DNA of 63,257 nt, counting the filler, from Reticulomyxa filosa (Eukaryota > Protista > Foraminifera): the NCBI GenBank assembly GCA_000512085.1. It is 19 parts of 19 records of this genome, joined end to end, with 100 filler letters (N's around TTAATTAATTAA, not from the genome) between each part and the next. Parts side by side here need not be neighbours in the genome. Positions count along the whole stretch, not along the records: positions 1 to 2,263 come from ASPP01023196.1; positions 2,364 to 4,937 come from ASPP01014191.1; positions 5,038 to 6,914 come from ASPP01012960.1; positions 7,015 to 10,071 come from ASPP01019268.1; positions 10,172 to 13,220 come from ASPP01023437.1; 14 more parts are not named here. One strand, written 5' to 3'. The translations under genes and the position numbers were made by a program. Of this stretch, positions 1 through 13,320 are shown piece after piece (positions within the stretch are counted from its first letter, which is position 1; each line of letters starts with the position of its first letter). A model generated the notes under the pieces. The model ran no database searches. It worked only from the letters and a program-made list of their open reading frames with translations, and had not been told where the DNA came from.

Positions 1-2263
1 TTATTTAACAAATATTTAGCTTAAAACAAAGCAAATAATATGCAATCTGATAAAGCAATAGAATAATATTGAGCATTAGATCGAGTTGATATTTATACAA
101 AAGTCATTGACAATGTTAACAATATTTAATAGATTATATCAATAAAGATATATTTTTCATTGAATTGTAATGTAGAATATAGAATTTAAATTAAAAATTG
201 TTTGTTGAATCTTTTTTTAAATTTATTATTGTTCAACAATACAATCTTTTTGTATTATTGTTAATATTGTGGTTTTAGTGAATTGTATTTGGTAATCTCA
301 ATTTAACACTTTTCTTAAAAAGGAAAAAACTAGGTTTTTTTACATACACACATTCAAATGGAAAAAAAAGTACAAATTGCAGGTTATATAATATACATAT
401 ACACACTTTTCAAATATCAAAACATTATCATTTTTATCAAAAGAATTTACACTATTATATCATCGTGCAAAGACCTTTCATGAGAATGCTACATTTAAAG
501 TCAAAGTCAAAGAAATTTATTTTTATTTTTACAAAAAAATTTGTGTTTTAATATTATTTTAAATTATTGTCTTGCCTATTTGTTTATTTTTTTTGTTAAA
601 AAAATAATAAAGTTAATTTTCGTTTAGCTTTGGATTACCTTTATTAAAATTTTTTAAAATTTTTATCTTCGATCAAACTAATTTTTTCATATCATTACGT
701 TCATTGTGTTGTTGAACATTTTTTAAAAATTTCATCTTATGAACGTTTCATTTAAGCATACTGTTAGATTTTGAGATAAAACGTAATGAGCAAAAATTTG
801 TTGTTTATAATTTTATTTTATTATTTTACAAAAGCAATTAACACTAAAAGAAAATCAAATTAAAGATTGTTTTTTTAAATTTGGCAAACAAGATTTAATA
901 TTTTTGATTATTGTTTTATTATTATTACATTAAGTAAAACTTGCTTCGAAGAGCGATCATTATATTAATTGGTACTTTTTTTTGTACGTATTCACTGCTA
1001 CTCCAGAAAATTTTTTTTTTTGTGTTTTCAACTAAATCAGTATTAACCATGATAACAAAGAAATTACAACTACTTTTTGGAAATAAAAAAAAAGATATGC
1101 ATGTGCTAATCACTTGTTCAATTGTGCCGATATTACATATGAAAACAGTCAACAACTTGCTCAAGATAAAAATTGTTGCTTCGCATCGCACAACAAGTTT
1201 ACTTTTTTTTTAGTAATATTTTCCAATGACTTGTAAAAGGGACTGGCATTGATAATGATGCAAGATAAAATGTCAAAGTACATCCGATATTTATCATAAT
1301 TTTATAGACAATTAAAATTGTGGTACAAATTAATTTGTTTTTTATTTTCAAATTTGGAAATTATTTTGCAATTTTTCAATGTATTCATACTTGGCTTCTT
1401 CACTTTTTTCAATTAGATTATTTAAAGTCGCAATCTCTTTGCCTTTGTTTGCCTTAAATTCGACTTATTTATTCTACAAAAACAGAAAACAATTAAAAAT
1501 ATTTTTCGCTTAAGAAAAAAATATGTAAAGTATGATATTAACAACAATCGTTAGTTTTATCTTCCACAAATAAGTCTTCATCTTTGAATGCGATGCATTG
1601 CGCTAAGCAGTAGCTCTTGGGCAAGTCAGGTCCAACTTTGAATGCTTTCGTTAATATATTCAACTGTACTTGCTTTTTTCTTTGAATTTGTACTGGAAAC
1701 CTGCCCAGTTAAGATTGGCGCAAGTCTATTAATGTGAAAATCCTTTTAAGAAACATTATATACAAAACAATTTTCAGAGAAAAAGAAGCTTGAAAAGACA
1801 AAACAACTCGCCAATTTATTCAATTGGTTTTTTTTGGAACGGATGACATAAAATTTGGAATAAATAAAGAAAGAGCATAAATGACGGGAAAAAATATTAT
1901 CGTTATCCCCTTATTGTATCGAACAAAATACTGCTATGTCATTTTTAAAAATATAGTAATGGAATTATGTTATCAATTTATTCCATGTGAAATATAAGAT
2001 AGTTGTTACTTTATCGAATCCTGAGTATTCTCTCGCCATAATATATGAATAATATACTAAGCTTTGGATAATGATAAAACAAATGATTTTTTTTTAAAAA
2101 TGAAGAAGAGATTTGTGCAACTTCCAACTTAAATGAGTTAAATGTAAATAAAATATAAAATATAAACTATAAAAAAAAATAAAATAAATAAAATTTGTAA
2201 AATAATAGGTCCCAAGAAAAAAATAAAATAAAAATATTTCGAGAAATGTGTTTGCATATTTTG

Positions 2264-2363
2264 NNNNNNNNNNNNNNNNNNNNNNNNNNNNNNNNNNNNN
2301 NNNNNNNTTAATTAATTAANNNNNNNNNNNNNNNNNNNNNNNNNNNNNNNNNNNNNNNNNNNN
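2264..2363. other. Artificial contig-joining spacer (N-run + TTAATTAATTAA + N-run); first of 18
   Basis: The same ~100-nt spacer with stops in all six frames also occurs at about 4938, 6915, 10072, 13221, 14893, 21678, 29242, 33417, 35460, 36805, 38258, 46194, 49050, 57160, 58355, 59704 and 61281. Adjacency across these spacers has no biological meaning. Confidence 0.98.
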
Positions 2364-2579
2364 AAGGAGAGTTTTACAAGTCATACAAAATTTTTTTTTT
2401 TTTTAAAAAGGGGTCACTTTATAGGGATCCTTCCTCCCCCCCTTACTTCTCATCACAAAAAATTTTTTTTGTCACATAAATGTATACATCTACATTATAT
2501 ATACATATATGTATATATATATGTACATATATACATATACACATAATAATAAAAATATACGTATACATTATAATAAAGA

Positions 2580-3368
2580 TTAGAAACTTGTGAAGGCCAG
2601 ATAAAAAGGATAGATGACGGTGCCTGCGACGGGATGTAGGAATAGGACGATGATGATCCATGGGATGATGGAAACAATGTATCCGATGGCCAGATATTTC
2701 ATTTCCTCTCGAATGAAGAATACGTCTTGGAACTTGGGAAGGAACAGAAGGAACAGACAATAATGTATCCAAGGGACGGCCCCGGACATGGCCAGCACCA
2801 GTCTCGTCCTCAGTGTGAACGAGCCTTCCACAGTGACCCCATAGCCCACAATGGTCGCAAACAATAAAGGGTATAGCAATACGTAGGCGATCTTCACCCA
2901 CGAAAACGTGTTGCCAAATACCGGGTGAGACTTGTATTTAATGAACCAACTTCTATTATTGTCATTCGGATTTATGATACTTCGCCATTTATAGTCTTCC
3001 GTCGCCTGCGAGTAGTGCAGGTCAAACCACGATAGGTAAATCCTTATCACGTGCAACATCATCGATAAAATCGCTGCAAATTCTCCTGGCACCACTGTCG
3101 CTGCTCGCCAATCTTCGTGTGGCCCTCGGCAACATCTTGAGTTGCTGTACAGACCTAAACAAAATGTACTCACACTGTAAATCAACACTTGCGAACATGC
3201 TAGTAATGCCAGCCGTGGATGCCGTTTCTTCAACGCTGGTAGCTTGTGCATATTCATATAGTAGCCCGTTGCCCAGTTCAATTGTGTCACAAATATGAAC
3301 AAATAATACAATGAAGACAGCCAGAAGGCCAAGTCGCCCTCTCGTGTTGGAGAAACTGAACTCTTCAT
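2580..3368 (-). CDS. Multi-pass membrane protein, N-terminal part (possible 7TM / 7TM-RGS-like); probably continues past an intron and the contig end
   Basis: GC-richer ORF with about 6-7 hydrophobic segments (LAFWLSSLYYLFIFV..., IAYVLLYPLLFATIVG..., YLAIGYIVSIIPWIIIVLF). It runs into a (TA)n-rich intron-like tract. The family assignment is inference. Confidence 0.6.
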   Translation of the reverse strand: MKSSVSPTREGDLAFWLSSLYYLFIFVTQLNWATGYYMNMHKLPALKKRHPRLALLACSQVLIYSVSTFCLGLYSNSRCCRGPHEDWRAATVVPGEFAAILSMMLHVIRIYLSWFDLHYSQATEDYKWRSIINPNDNNRSWFIKYKSHPVFGNTFSWVKIAYVLLYPLLFATIVGYGVTVEGSFTLRTRLVLAMSGAVPWIHYCLFLLFLPKFQDVFFIREEMKYLAIGYIVSIIPWIIIVLFLHPVAGTVIYPFYLAFTSF

Positions 3369-3763
3369 CACTAATAGGCAATTTAGATTTTTTTTCTCCC
3401 TTCTCTCCCTTCTTCTTTTGTTTTGTTTTTTTTTTTTTTTTTGAAAGGATAACAAGGAAACTCTTTTTGTAAGTTTTTTGTGAGAGAGAGGAGATATTGT
3501 AACTTTGCTTCTGCGTCACTTTTATCATTGACGTCCAATTTTTGGTTTGCAATTTTTTTCATTGGAAATAGAGAATGATAACAACTATTAGAAAGCACTG
3601 AACTTGAGCTAAACAGTGATACTTTTGCAGTTTTCTTGTTTTTTATCCTCGATTGTTGCAAACGAAAAAGTGATTAAGAAGCTGGGAACAAGACGGTGTC
3701 CTCTCTGGTTTTTGTTCTAATTTATTTAGAAAACAAGTAAAAAAAAAAAAAAGAAAAACGATT

Positions 3764-4937
3764 ATGTCTCTGACATCTTTATTACCAATGGATTCGCAAA
3801 CCTGGAACTGTCCAGATTCGGCATGTTCAATGAAAAATTTCTTGTTCGTGGGTGTCTGTCAAAAGTGCCAGCAACAGCAACCATGGGCAGATGTGGAAGA
3901 GCAAATTTCACAGTTATGTTTGCAGCACCTGAAATCTTGGTCGAAACTGGCTCCATCACAATTGCAAGTGTCAGTGCTCACGAACGCACTGTCAAACCGA
4001 GTATTCAAAGTGACAGTGGAAAACGAGGTGGCGAAAGCAGAATCCGAATCCGAATCCGCTCCATTTACGTCTTCAGTTATCGTACGAATTTTCAGCAATA
4101 GCATGCCAGTATCCATTCCCCAACTGAGTCATGCTTTTCAATTGTTTGCCGCCAATGAAATTGGTGTCTCAATCCTTGCAAATTTCGGCATGTTTTTTCT
4201 CTTCTCTTTTCCCTTTTTTTTTTTTTTTTTTGATGAACGTAAAAAGTAAGCACCGAACACAATTTTTATACGTACTTTTTTTTTTGTTACACCTTTGGGG
4301 GGGGGGGGGCGGGAAAAAAAAAAAGAAATTGGTCAGATTGAAGAGTTTGTAAATGCGCATCATGTGAATACGTCGGACTTATTAGACACAGAGGACAAAA
4401 GATATTATGTGGAGATGGCAAGATTGATGGCACAAATTCATAAAATGAAAGCGAACAAGAACTTGTTTAATCCAAAGCAGTGTGTGGTTACGGAACGCGT
4501 TTGGAAAGAAATTTCCAATGCGTATCAAATAATGATAGAGCGGTATTTCACAGAGAAGCATCAGGCCCATGCCAACGTTGGAGAGCAGTCGTCGTACATG
4601 CTGTTTCAATCTTTGAAGGAACTTAAAGACTTGTGGAATTGGATTGTTTCCACACTCGGCAATTTGAGGTGTCGTCTTGCACGCGACTTGGTATTTTGTC
4701 ACAACGATTTTCATTGTGGAAACATATTGCATTTGTGCGAAGATGTACCATCATCCCCGGATGCGAGTGATGAATACGAACATAAGGCTAAGGAGTCGAA
4801 ACGACAAACACATGAAATGTTGAAAGGTCAGTTCCGGGTCATTGACTACGAGTATGCTGGGTATACTTATCGCTGCTTTGATATTGGCAATTTCGTGTGT
4901 GAGCTTTACATTGATAACCCAGTTTTGATTTTTTATA
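3764..4937 (+). CDS. Choline/ethanolamine kinase (3'-partial, intron about 4188-4325)
   Basis: Motifs LTNALSNRVFKV, VIVRIF, GQIEEF, Brenner motif FCHNDFHCGNIL and choline-kinase motif IDYEYAGYTYRCFDIGNFVCE. Confidence 0.9.
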
Positions 4938-5049
4938 NNNNNNNNNNNNNNNNNNNNNNNNNNNNNNNNNNNNNNNNNNNNTTAATTAATTAANNNNNNN
5001 NNNNNNNNNNNNNNNNNNNNNNNNNNNNNNNNNNNNNATAATATATATG

Positions 5050-5087
<38 letters not shown>

Positions 5088-5110
5088 CGTATACATGTAT
5101 AATTTTGTAG

Positions 5111-5631
5111 AAGGTCTAGTTAGTGGTGTGTATACTCTATGGACAACTGGACAATTGCCTCGGGAGCATTTGGACCATCCATGCACACGTGTGCCATATT
5201 GGTTTGAGCATGAATCAAAAAAAGCTAAAATGGATAATGACAATGATGATAATGATGATGACGGTACGTTGTTGTTTTCGTCGAACCAAAAGGAGGAGGT
5301 CAATGCCGTGAAACAAATTCCTGATTGGAGTACTCCAGAAACAATGGTGTGGCGTTCCGCGTATAAAGATGTCGCGACTGATAACAAAGAGCCTTTGTGC
5401 ACTTTCAAAACGGAACATTTTGCTGGGTGCTTGGATTATCTGTTTATCAATCAATGCTTCCGAGTCAAATCCTTTTTGGAAATGCCCTGGCAAAACAATC
5501 TGAAATGTCGAGATGATACACAAGAAGAACTACAACATTTTCTTGACTTCCCTTCAATGCCAAATGATGTGTTTCCCAGTGATCATTTACCACTAGTTGT
5601 CGATTTATATTTTGTGCCAAAAGATGTTTAA
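5111..5631 (+). CDS. Endonuclease/exonuclease/phosphatase (CCR4/nocturnin/PDE12-like), last exon
   Basis: WRSAY...EPLCT...FAGCLDYLF...MPNDVFPSDHLPLVVDL matches the EEP C-terminal motifs. Preceded by a (TA)n intron ending TTTTGTAG. Confidence 0.85.
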
Positions 5632-7083
5632 CTTTTACTTTTTTGTGCTCTTTGTTTTGTTTTTTTTAAGTCAAAAAAAATGTGTCTCCTCAATTTTAAA
5701 ATAATATTCGACTAATAAATATATTTCTTACAACTTAAACTTTTTTTAGAAAACGGCTTCCCAAGAAAAAGAGTTTTTTCTGAAGAAAAAGTTTTACTTA
5801 AAGGGATAAATATAGAAAACGAAACATCAAATCAAAATTTTAGTGTCAAACAAACTGTGAATACAGATATAAAAACTTTGTTTGAGTCTTTGACTCCTTT
5901 TCCAACTGCGTTTTTTCAAGCATAACGTGCGAAATATCATTTGTTGTTGATATGGAAAAGTCAACAATAAGACTTTTTGTTTTGTTTTGCCAACTAACGA
6001 AACGCTTAACAATAGCTAAAATTTCAAGTAAGAGAGCCATTGAACCTTTATTATCTGAAACAATTTAATTTCAACTCTTTCAAATTAGTCAAAAGCTTAA
6101 ACACATTACAGTTAAAAAAATTAAAAAATGGAACTAACCCCTTTTTGACGTCTTTTCGTTTAATATTATTTTCACTTGGAAAATAAAAAAGTAAGTTGAA
6201 AAAAGAAAAGTGACATTCAATTTTGAGCAATTCTTGGAGCAATGTAAGAGAGGACAACTGGACGACCAAGTCAACAAAAAATTTCCTGAAATATTTGTAC
6301 TTTTTTTTGTACGTCTTTCAAAGGTTATCATTTAAATGCAGCTCAAATTGTAAGTGTCCTACGATATTGGTTCAGCATTGTTATAATTTTTGAATTGAAA
6401 TAATTGCAAAGGAAATTCAAATGTAATTCAAACATGAAGATTGCCCCAATAGGAAATATCAATAATATAAAAAATATAATTACTTAATGTTGAACATCAA
6501 ATCAATTCATGACTCTACTGTGGTAAAAGGTATATTGTCGAATAAAATTTCATTTTGGGCATAACTAAGGTATTAAAAACAAAAGTGCCAAAGATGTTCT
6601 TGTTCATGTAAGTGATCTACAATATAAAACACAAAAAAAATAAGAAATATAACATGTTACATAAGCCGAAATTTGGGACTATACAAGTTTTATAAAATAA
6701 AATAATAGTTTTTCATCTCAAAACAGTAAATTAAATTATACTTATCAACATGTGCAAACATAATAAAAAATTAACCAAACAACACAAGCAGCAATAAATG
6801 TTTATATAAATTCAAAAAAAAGCATATCTATCACAATGATTTACCGTCAAACAATATTTTATCGAAATAATCGATTTTTCGATATTTAATTTTTATCACT
6901 TAATGTTATAAACTNNNNNNNNNNNNNNNNNNNNNNNNNNNNNNNNNNNNNNNNNNNNTTAATTAATTAANNNNNNNNNNNNNNNNNNNNNNNNNNNNNN
7001 NNNNNNNNNNNNNNTTTTTTCTGTTTTTTTTTTTTTTTTTTTTTTTACAAGCAATAAAACAATATACGTATATACTTTGTACA

Positions 7084-9420
7084 CTATTTGTTGATGTGGC
7101 CCCACGTATACAAAATAAAAAAAAGTTTTACACGTTGTCTTTGTAAGAAGGCGTGAGACTTAACAATGAAATCATGAAACAAATGAAAGATGATATTGTG
7201 CTGGAATATCTTGACATGTTTAAGTGCTTGCTTAGGTTTGTCAACATAAGTATTGAATGCCAAAATGAAACAATTTTTGTGATCAATTTCTCGAATCAAT
7301 TCTTCTGTGACAGGTCCGACGTCTTTGTTGAAAATATAGAAATGGAAATCATCATTTGGTATTTTAATTTCTTGCAAATATTTTTCCAATGCCTCAATGC
7401 TCCCCCAACAGTCTGCACGGATCCAAATATTAAGAGTTTTGGGATCCTGGGTGCTCAGCCATGTGAACGGTGAAGTGAAGTTATCATCTTCGTTTTCATT
7501 TTTTGATCTTTTCTTTTTTTTCTTTGTCTTCTTTTCCTTCAACTCACGTTCTCTTTTCATTCGAAGTGCCAGTTCAATTTTGTGTTTGAAATGTTCTTTT
7601 CTCTTTCGCATCTCGCTAATGGTCATTGCTTCCGTTTTATCTTTCGTGCCAATGATCAATGTACCTTTTTTTTTCCCCCCCGCCCAAAAAAAAAAAAAAG
7701 ATTGCTTAATGACTTGTTATACGCAAATGTATATATATATATATATATATATATGTACATATATATTTTTGAATGTATACGTATGTATCCGAAGAAACGA
7801 ACCAACAGATGGCAAATCTTTGCATCCAAGAAAAGAGATTGGTGTGGAGGGCCCTGCGGTTTGAATGGCGGTGTGCGTTTCATCATGCAAGCGAGTGATG
7901 CGAATAGGCTCCAGTCCATCGGGCAGGAATACATAGTCTCCATGATGCAAAGTCCCTTCTTGCACTAATGCATGGACAATAGTGCCCTCTTGTGTCGACC
8001 TCTTCGCCTCCATCACCACCATTTCCGCAGAGGTGTCAGGATTGCCTCGACAGTCTTCCATCTCACAGACCAGGTCAATAATTTCCAGCAATTGATTGAC
8101 ACCTAGTCCAGTCTTTGCCGATATTTCCACCATCTTCGAACAAGCGGAACAAGCAAATGAACAAAAATCAATGAAAGAACGTATACGTAAAAATGTCAAG
8201 CATAGACAAATTGGAGGGATGCATTATCACGATACATTTTTAAAAAAAGACTTACCTCGACTTGATGTGAATACACGCCCAATCCTTCCAATTGTTTTTT
8301 TACTTTTCGTGGATCCGCCTCGAGCTTGTCGCATTTATTCAAGGCGACGACAAATGGTAAATTTTCTTTGCGGATTATTCTTTACAAACAAACAAATAAA
8401 AACAGTGATGCAACATATACATGTATATATATACATATATGTATATGCATATATATGTATATGTATATATGTATATGTATATGTTTGTGTGTTGATTACA
8501 TACGCCAAAGATTCTTTTGTTTGTGGCTGTACGCCCTCGCATGCATCAATCATAAGTATACCGACGTCGACGACACGTGCACCCCGCCTTCGCATGCCGG
8601 TGAAAGCGGCATGTCCGGGAGTGTCAAAGATGACGCATTTGGGATTGGTCGAGCCTGGAGGCAGCATGACAGTGAAGGCTCCAATGGATTGAGTGATGCC
8701 ACCTGCCTCTTTTTCCGCCATTCGACTTTTACGCAAGTAATCTAAGAACGTGGTTTTGCCATGGTCCACGTGTCCCAATATGCACAGCACAGGCATTCGT
8801 CTGGGGAATGATTTGTACTCCTGCTCCGAGTACGTGCCAAACTTGGGTTTGAGTTCTGCAGGATCTCTTTCCAAGGCTATTGTTACATCTGGACAAAGTT
8901 TTCTGGCCACAATTTCACCAGCCTTTTATATACATATATATATATGTATATGTATATATATATATGTATATAAAGTTGAGTTAGGAGTGTGAGTCCCCTT
9001 AGCGTTCACAGTTTGATAAAAAAGATAGCCTCAACTCACATCTTGAGTGATGCATTCGTATTCGAAGATATCCAATGCGGCCAGTGCATTTTGAATTTGT
9101 TTTTCGGTTACGTTGAGCAACGAGGCGTAGTCTGACAGCTTGCCAAAGGCCGGCAAAACAATAACGCTCGGCAAGGACTTGGCTGGTTTTTTCCCTCGAT
9201 TAGCGTAGCCGTCTTTCTGCTTTTGTTGCTCTGCTTTTCTCTTCATTTCTTCTCTTTCTATCTCTCTTTCCTTTTCTCGCTCTTGATCCAACTCCAGCTC
9301 CAACTCCAACTCGGCTTCCGTCATCCATCTCTCGGGTACAACTATTTCCCCTTTTTCCATTTCTTCTTTCTTTTTCTCCTCTTCCTCCTTTTTACTGTTC
9401 GTCAACAGATCACAGACAAC

Positions 9421-9455
<35 letters not shown>

Positions 9456-9990
9456 GCAATAGTAATAAAATACATCACTTTGCAACCACAACCGGTGATG
9501 TCTTGACATGCTGGGATTGAGACTTGGACCCTATTGGATCACGTGGACGACGTGGAGTGAATGAATTGGCCGTGAACTTATTGTCGCCAAAATCTCGTCT
9601 TGTGTTTGTCTCTTTCTCTGTTCTTATTTCAACTTCTTTTTCTTTTTCTGTTTCTAGTTCGACTTCTTTTCGCGGTGTGACTAGTTTGGCCTTTGGCTTT
9701 GGCGGTGTGTCTGTGTCTGTGTCTGTGTCTGTGTCTCTGTTTCCATTCAAAGTGAAATGTGGGGATGGCTGTTGTTGCGAGCGAGAGACAGAGAACGATG
9801 ACAATGATGATGGATCTCTGCTTGGTCTCGTCGAACGAGGCATTTCTCTCGAATCTGCACTTGCATTTACATTAAAGTTGGGAGTTTGATTTTGATGATG
9901 AGATCGTAGTGGTGGTGGTGGTGGTGGTGGTGGTGGTGGTCGTTCATTACGATAGACTGGGCCATCCCTTCTTGTCGATTGCGCTGTCAT
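7084..9990 (-). CDS. Translation initiation factor IF-2, bacterial-type (probably mitochondrial), multi-exon, partial
   Basis: G1 [23 protein letters not shown]3 [30 protein letters not shown]4 NKCD (in an exon near 8255-8378), [17 protein letters not shown] and domain-III [10 protein letters not shown]. Several GT-AG introns with (TA)n tracts. Low-complexity N-terminus. Confidence 0.92.
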
Positions 9991-10171
9991 GTGAGTTCTG
10001 TTCGAATCCTTTCTTTCTTCGAATTGACGTGATGAAGATGAAGACGAAGAAGAAGAAGAAGAAGAAGAAGANNNNNNNNNNNNNNNNNNNNNNNNNNNNN
10101 NNNNNNNNNNNNNNNTTAATTAATTAANNNNNNNNNNNNNNNNNNNNNNNNNNNNNNNNNNNNNNNNNNNN

Positions 10172-12250
10172 TCAATTCCAATAATTTTTTCATTGGAAAA
10201 CCACATTGCAAGATAGCGCACGACACTGCCTTTCTTCCATAGATTCAAACTCGATCGTCGACAGCCATGTCAACGAAATTCACCACCTTGCTTTTTGCAC
10301 GTCCATGCTCGGCTTTGTCGTCTTCGTTTTCGTTTTCATCTTTATTCATTTCTGCTTCTTCCTCGCGTTCTTGTTCGTCGGACGATATCAAAAAAGTGAT
10401 CGAAGACAAAGATATTTCGTCATTGCTTCCTCGTGTTGTTTTTCACGAGTATTCACTGTTTTCAGTCACTGTATTGAAACGCGCACAAATATGATAACAC
10501 AAGGTAAGTAGATCCTTTCTTTACTGTTGTCGTGAACTTAGAGTATTTCTTCCACCATAATAATCGATTCATCAATTATCGAGTTTGGGTCCGGTTTCTC
10601 GCCTCGGCTAAAGTCAGTCCTCCAACCCATTTCGCGACACCTTTACGAACACGACCACCAACTTTGACGCTTTTGCTTCTTGTGTCAGCCCTGCCACTGT
10701 CACCGTTGGTAACCCCCACGACATGGAATTTTCCGTCATGTGCCCCTTTATCGGTCGTGGTCCCTTTATCAGTCATGCACCCCTTTATCTGTCATGTGCC
10801 CCTTTATCCATTGAACACCAAAATGATCATTTCATCGCGTTTGCTAACTCCAATGAATTTTATCTCACCCCATTTTGCCATGAATCATTTTCGCTTTGTC
10901 GTCGACTTTCCAAGCTTGAACAAACTGGAAGCGGTACTGGACTACGTCGTACTGACCCAAGTACAATCAGCAAAACCCACACAATGCATCCGGATCAATC
11001 TCGGCAATGTGAATGGCCAGGAATTCCTTAAATTCAATTATCCGAAGAGGTCTGTCACTCGTCCAATTCAATTACAATGGCAGTTCTTCCAAAGAAACAA
11101 ACTGTTCCAATCGTGACGTTTGTTCGAACATGGTTTATGATTAAAGGAATTCGGGTCAATCGTTAGTGGACAGAATCCGATGGATTCTCAGTCAAACAAT
11201 GGAGCCAAGTTTTTTTCATTCACTAACAATTATTTCTTATCTTTCTTTTTATTAGTTATACAATTGCATTTTCGTCATTGTTTTTCTTGTAAGCACTAAA
11301 TCATCTATAACACTAGGTCATTGAAGTTCGTCCTGCTTTGCAAGCTTTCAATTCGAATAGATGCCATTTTTTATGCAGAACCTGTTTCGCCTGTACATCT
11401 ATCTTTTACATTTACATCAAAAAAAAAAAATTCATAAATAATAATAGTATAAATATTTATTTATTTGTTGTTTGTTGTTAAGACAGAAAACACAAAACCA
11501 AATGCCAATAATTTTATCATTGCCAGCTGCATCGGTTGTTCCAATTAAACGAGTTTTACGGCTCGAAACTGAATTTTATCTATGACTTTGAAATGAAGTG
11601 AATATTTTCGAAAGTCAGTTTCATCATCTGGTTAGGCTGTTCTTGTGTTGACGATGTTGTATAGGCAAGTCAAATAACCAAGTTCAAACATAAAATCAAA
11701 ATAAGGAACCTATTGACACTGCCATTGGTTGCATTGGATTCCATCGTGGGGTCCGACGACAATTAACACAAATCTTGAAAAGTTCACATGCACAATGAAA
11801 CGAATAGCTTATGTCTTTCAACGTGATGCTCACTCGATTACCGGAACAATTGTCCAACTGCATCAGATCAACTTATCATGCCATAAAAGCTGGCCAATCA
11901 GCACATCAATCATTTGATTTGAATACGCTGCCAGAATTCGACTTCAACTTGATGTGATTTTTTTTGGATTTTGATTCAATCTTTTCGGTTTCGACCTCTG
12001 GCTCATCCGATATCTTTTCATTGACTTTGTTGACCGGGACAAACCATCCATATCATTCAGTAGCTTGCAAGTACTTTTCTCCACGAAGTCGCCGTTGTGC
12101 CCGTTTGTTGGACCACAATAAATCGCGGCTTGCTCCAAATACTAGATATTTCACGGTCGTCAAGCTGACCGCTTAACAATAAACATTGACAATGTCGTCT
12201 TATTGTCGAGAACGACATTTTATTCTTTGCAAAGTGCGCTCATGCGCATA
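10172..12250 (-). pseudogene. Decayed gene encoding several tandem CAP-Gly domains
   Basis: Hand translation of the minus strand gives four broken CAP-Gly-like units: NGHNG..RGEKYLQATE*YGWFVPVNKV (~12030-12115); VDDKAKMIHGKMG/EIKFIG...DKGAHDG (~10735-10910); VKVGGRVRKGVAKWVG (~10620-10672); VDDRV*...GSVVRYL...FSNEKIIGIE (~10172-10263). Many stops and frameshifts. Confidence 0.7.
10735..10809. repeat. Four-copy 18-19 bp tandem repeat (GTCATGTGCCCCTTTATCN)
   Basis: Units: gtcatgtgcccctttatcg / gtcgtggtccctttatca / gtcatgcacccctttatct / gtcatgtgcccctttatcc. The minus strand reads DKGAHD. Confidence 0.9.
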
Positions 12251-13320
12251 TCCACATTTTTTTTTTCATTTTTCCTACTTTTTTTTTTCCAATTTTTTCA
12301 TCTTTTTACTTTTTTTTTTCTTCTTTTTTTCTTTTTTTTCTTCTTTTAATCTTTTTTTTAATAATATCTATTTTTTTGATTCTTTTTTCTTTTTTTCTAT
12401 TGCATTCTTTTTTTTTTTTAAATTTGTCAACATTTTTTTTTCAATATTTTTTCATTCTTTATTCATTTTTTAATTTTTCTTTATTTTTCAAAAAAAAAAA
12501 CTAAACTCCCCCTTTTCCAACATTATTTTCCCCCTTTACAACATTAATTTTACCCTCTTCCAACAATGTATTTCTCCACTTTTTTCATTTAATTTTTTTC
12601 CCCAATTTTCTTTTACAAATTTTTCCCTCAAAATTTTCACTGTTACATAAATAAAAAAATACAAAATAAAAAAACTTCCAATCATTTTGTGACTCTTGAA
12701 CCCTATTAATACAGTCACATGTTTGGATATTTTTTTCATTTAAAGAAAAACAAAAAAAGATATACATTTGACGTTGAGCTGAAAGCTCCAATTCAAATCT
12801 AACAATCTATTTTTTTTTCTTTTGCTATTAGGGGAGGGGGCAAGTAGAATTTTTTTTTGGTGGGGGCATGCCTATTGACAACAAACAAACATTGATAAAA
12901 AAAATAAAAATAAAAAAAATGAAAGATACAAACCCTTTCGTTTTTTTTGCAACACGGGGTGGCTTCAACCCCGAAATTTTCTTTGTGTGAATTGGGATTG
13001 GGGCATATACATTTTTTTTTTGAATAGACGGGTCGCGGCTGTTAAACAAACAAACAACGTTAATTATATCAAAAAAAAAAAGTATAAATATAACAAACCA
13101 TTTGTACTCCTTGCGGAGACGGGGGGCCTTACCCCATATACTTTTTTTTTCTCTTGGTGGATGATGCAAAGCATCAACAAAAAAGACTTCATTTTTTTTT
13201 TCAGAGTGTGTGGTCTGTTCNNNNNNNNNNNNNNNNNNNNNNNNNNNNNNNNNNNNNNNNNNNNTTAATTAATTAANNNNNNNNNNNNNNNNNNNNNNNN
13301 NNNNNNNNNNNNNNNNNNNN

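Noticed and set aside
2308-2319. Recurrent TTAATTAATTAA palindrome as a biological repeat or CRISPR-like array
   Set aside because: It is always centred in N-runs of fixed length, so it is an artificial contig linker. ORFs ending in X...LIN are artefacts.
10735-10809. Mini-CRISPR or iteron array
   Set aside because: There are no spacers, the units are directly adjacent, and they lie inside a decayed eukaryotic coding region.
12150-12255. Gypsy integrase zinc-finger remnant (GYAHERTLQRIK...DIVNVYC)
   Set aside because: The adjoining sequence reads better as a CAP-Gly unit, and no integrase core or RT motif was found.
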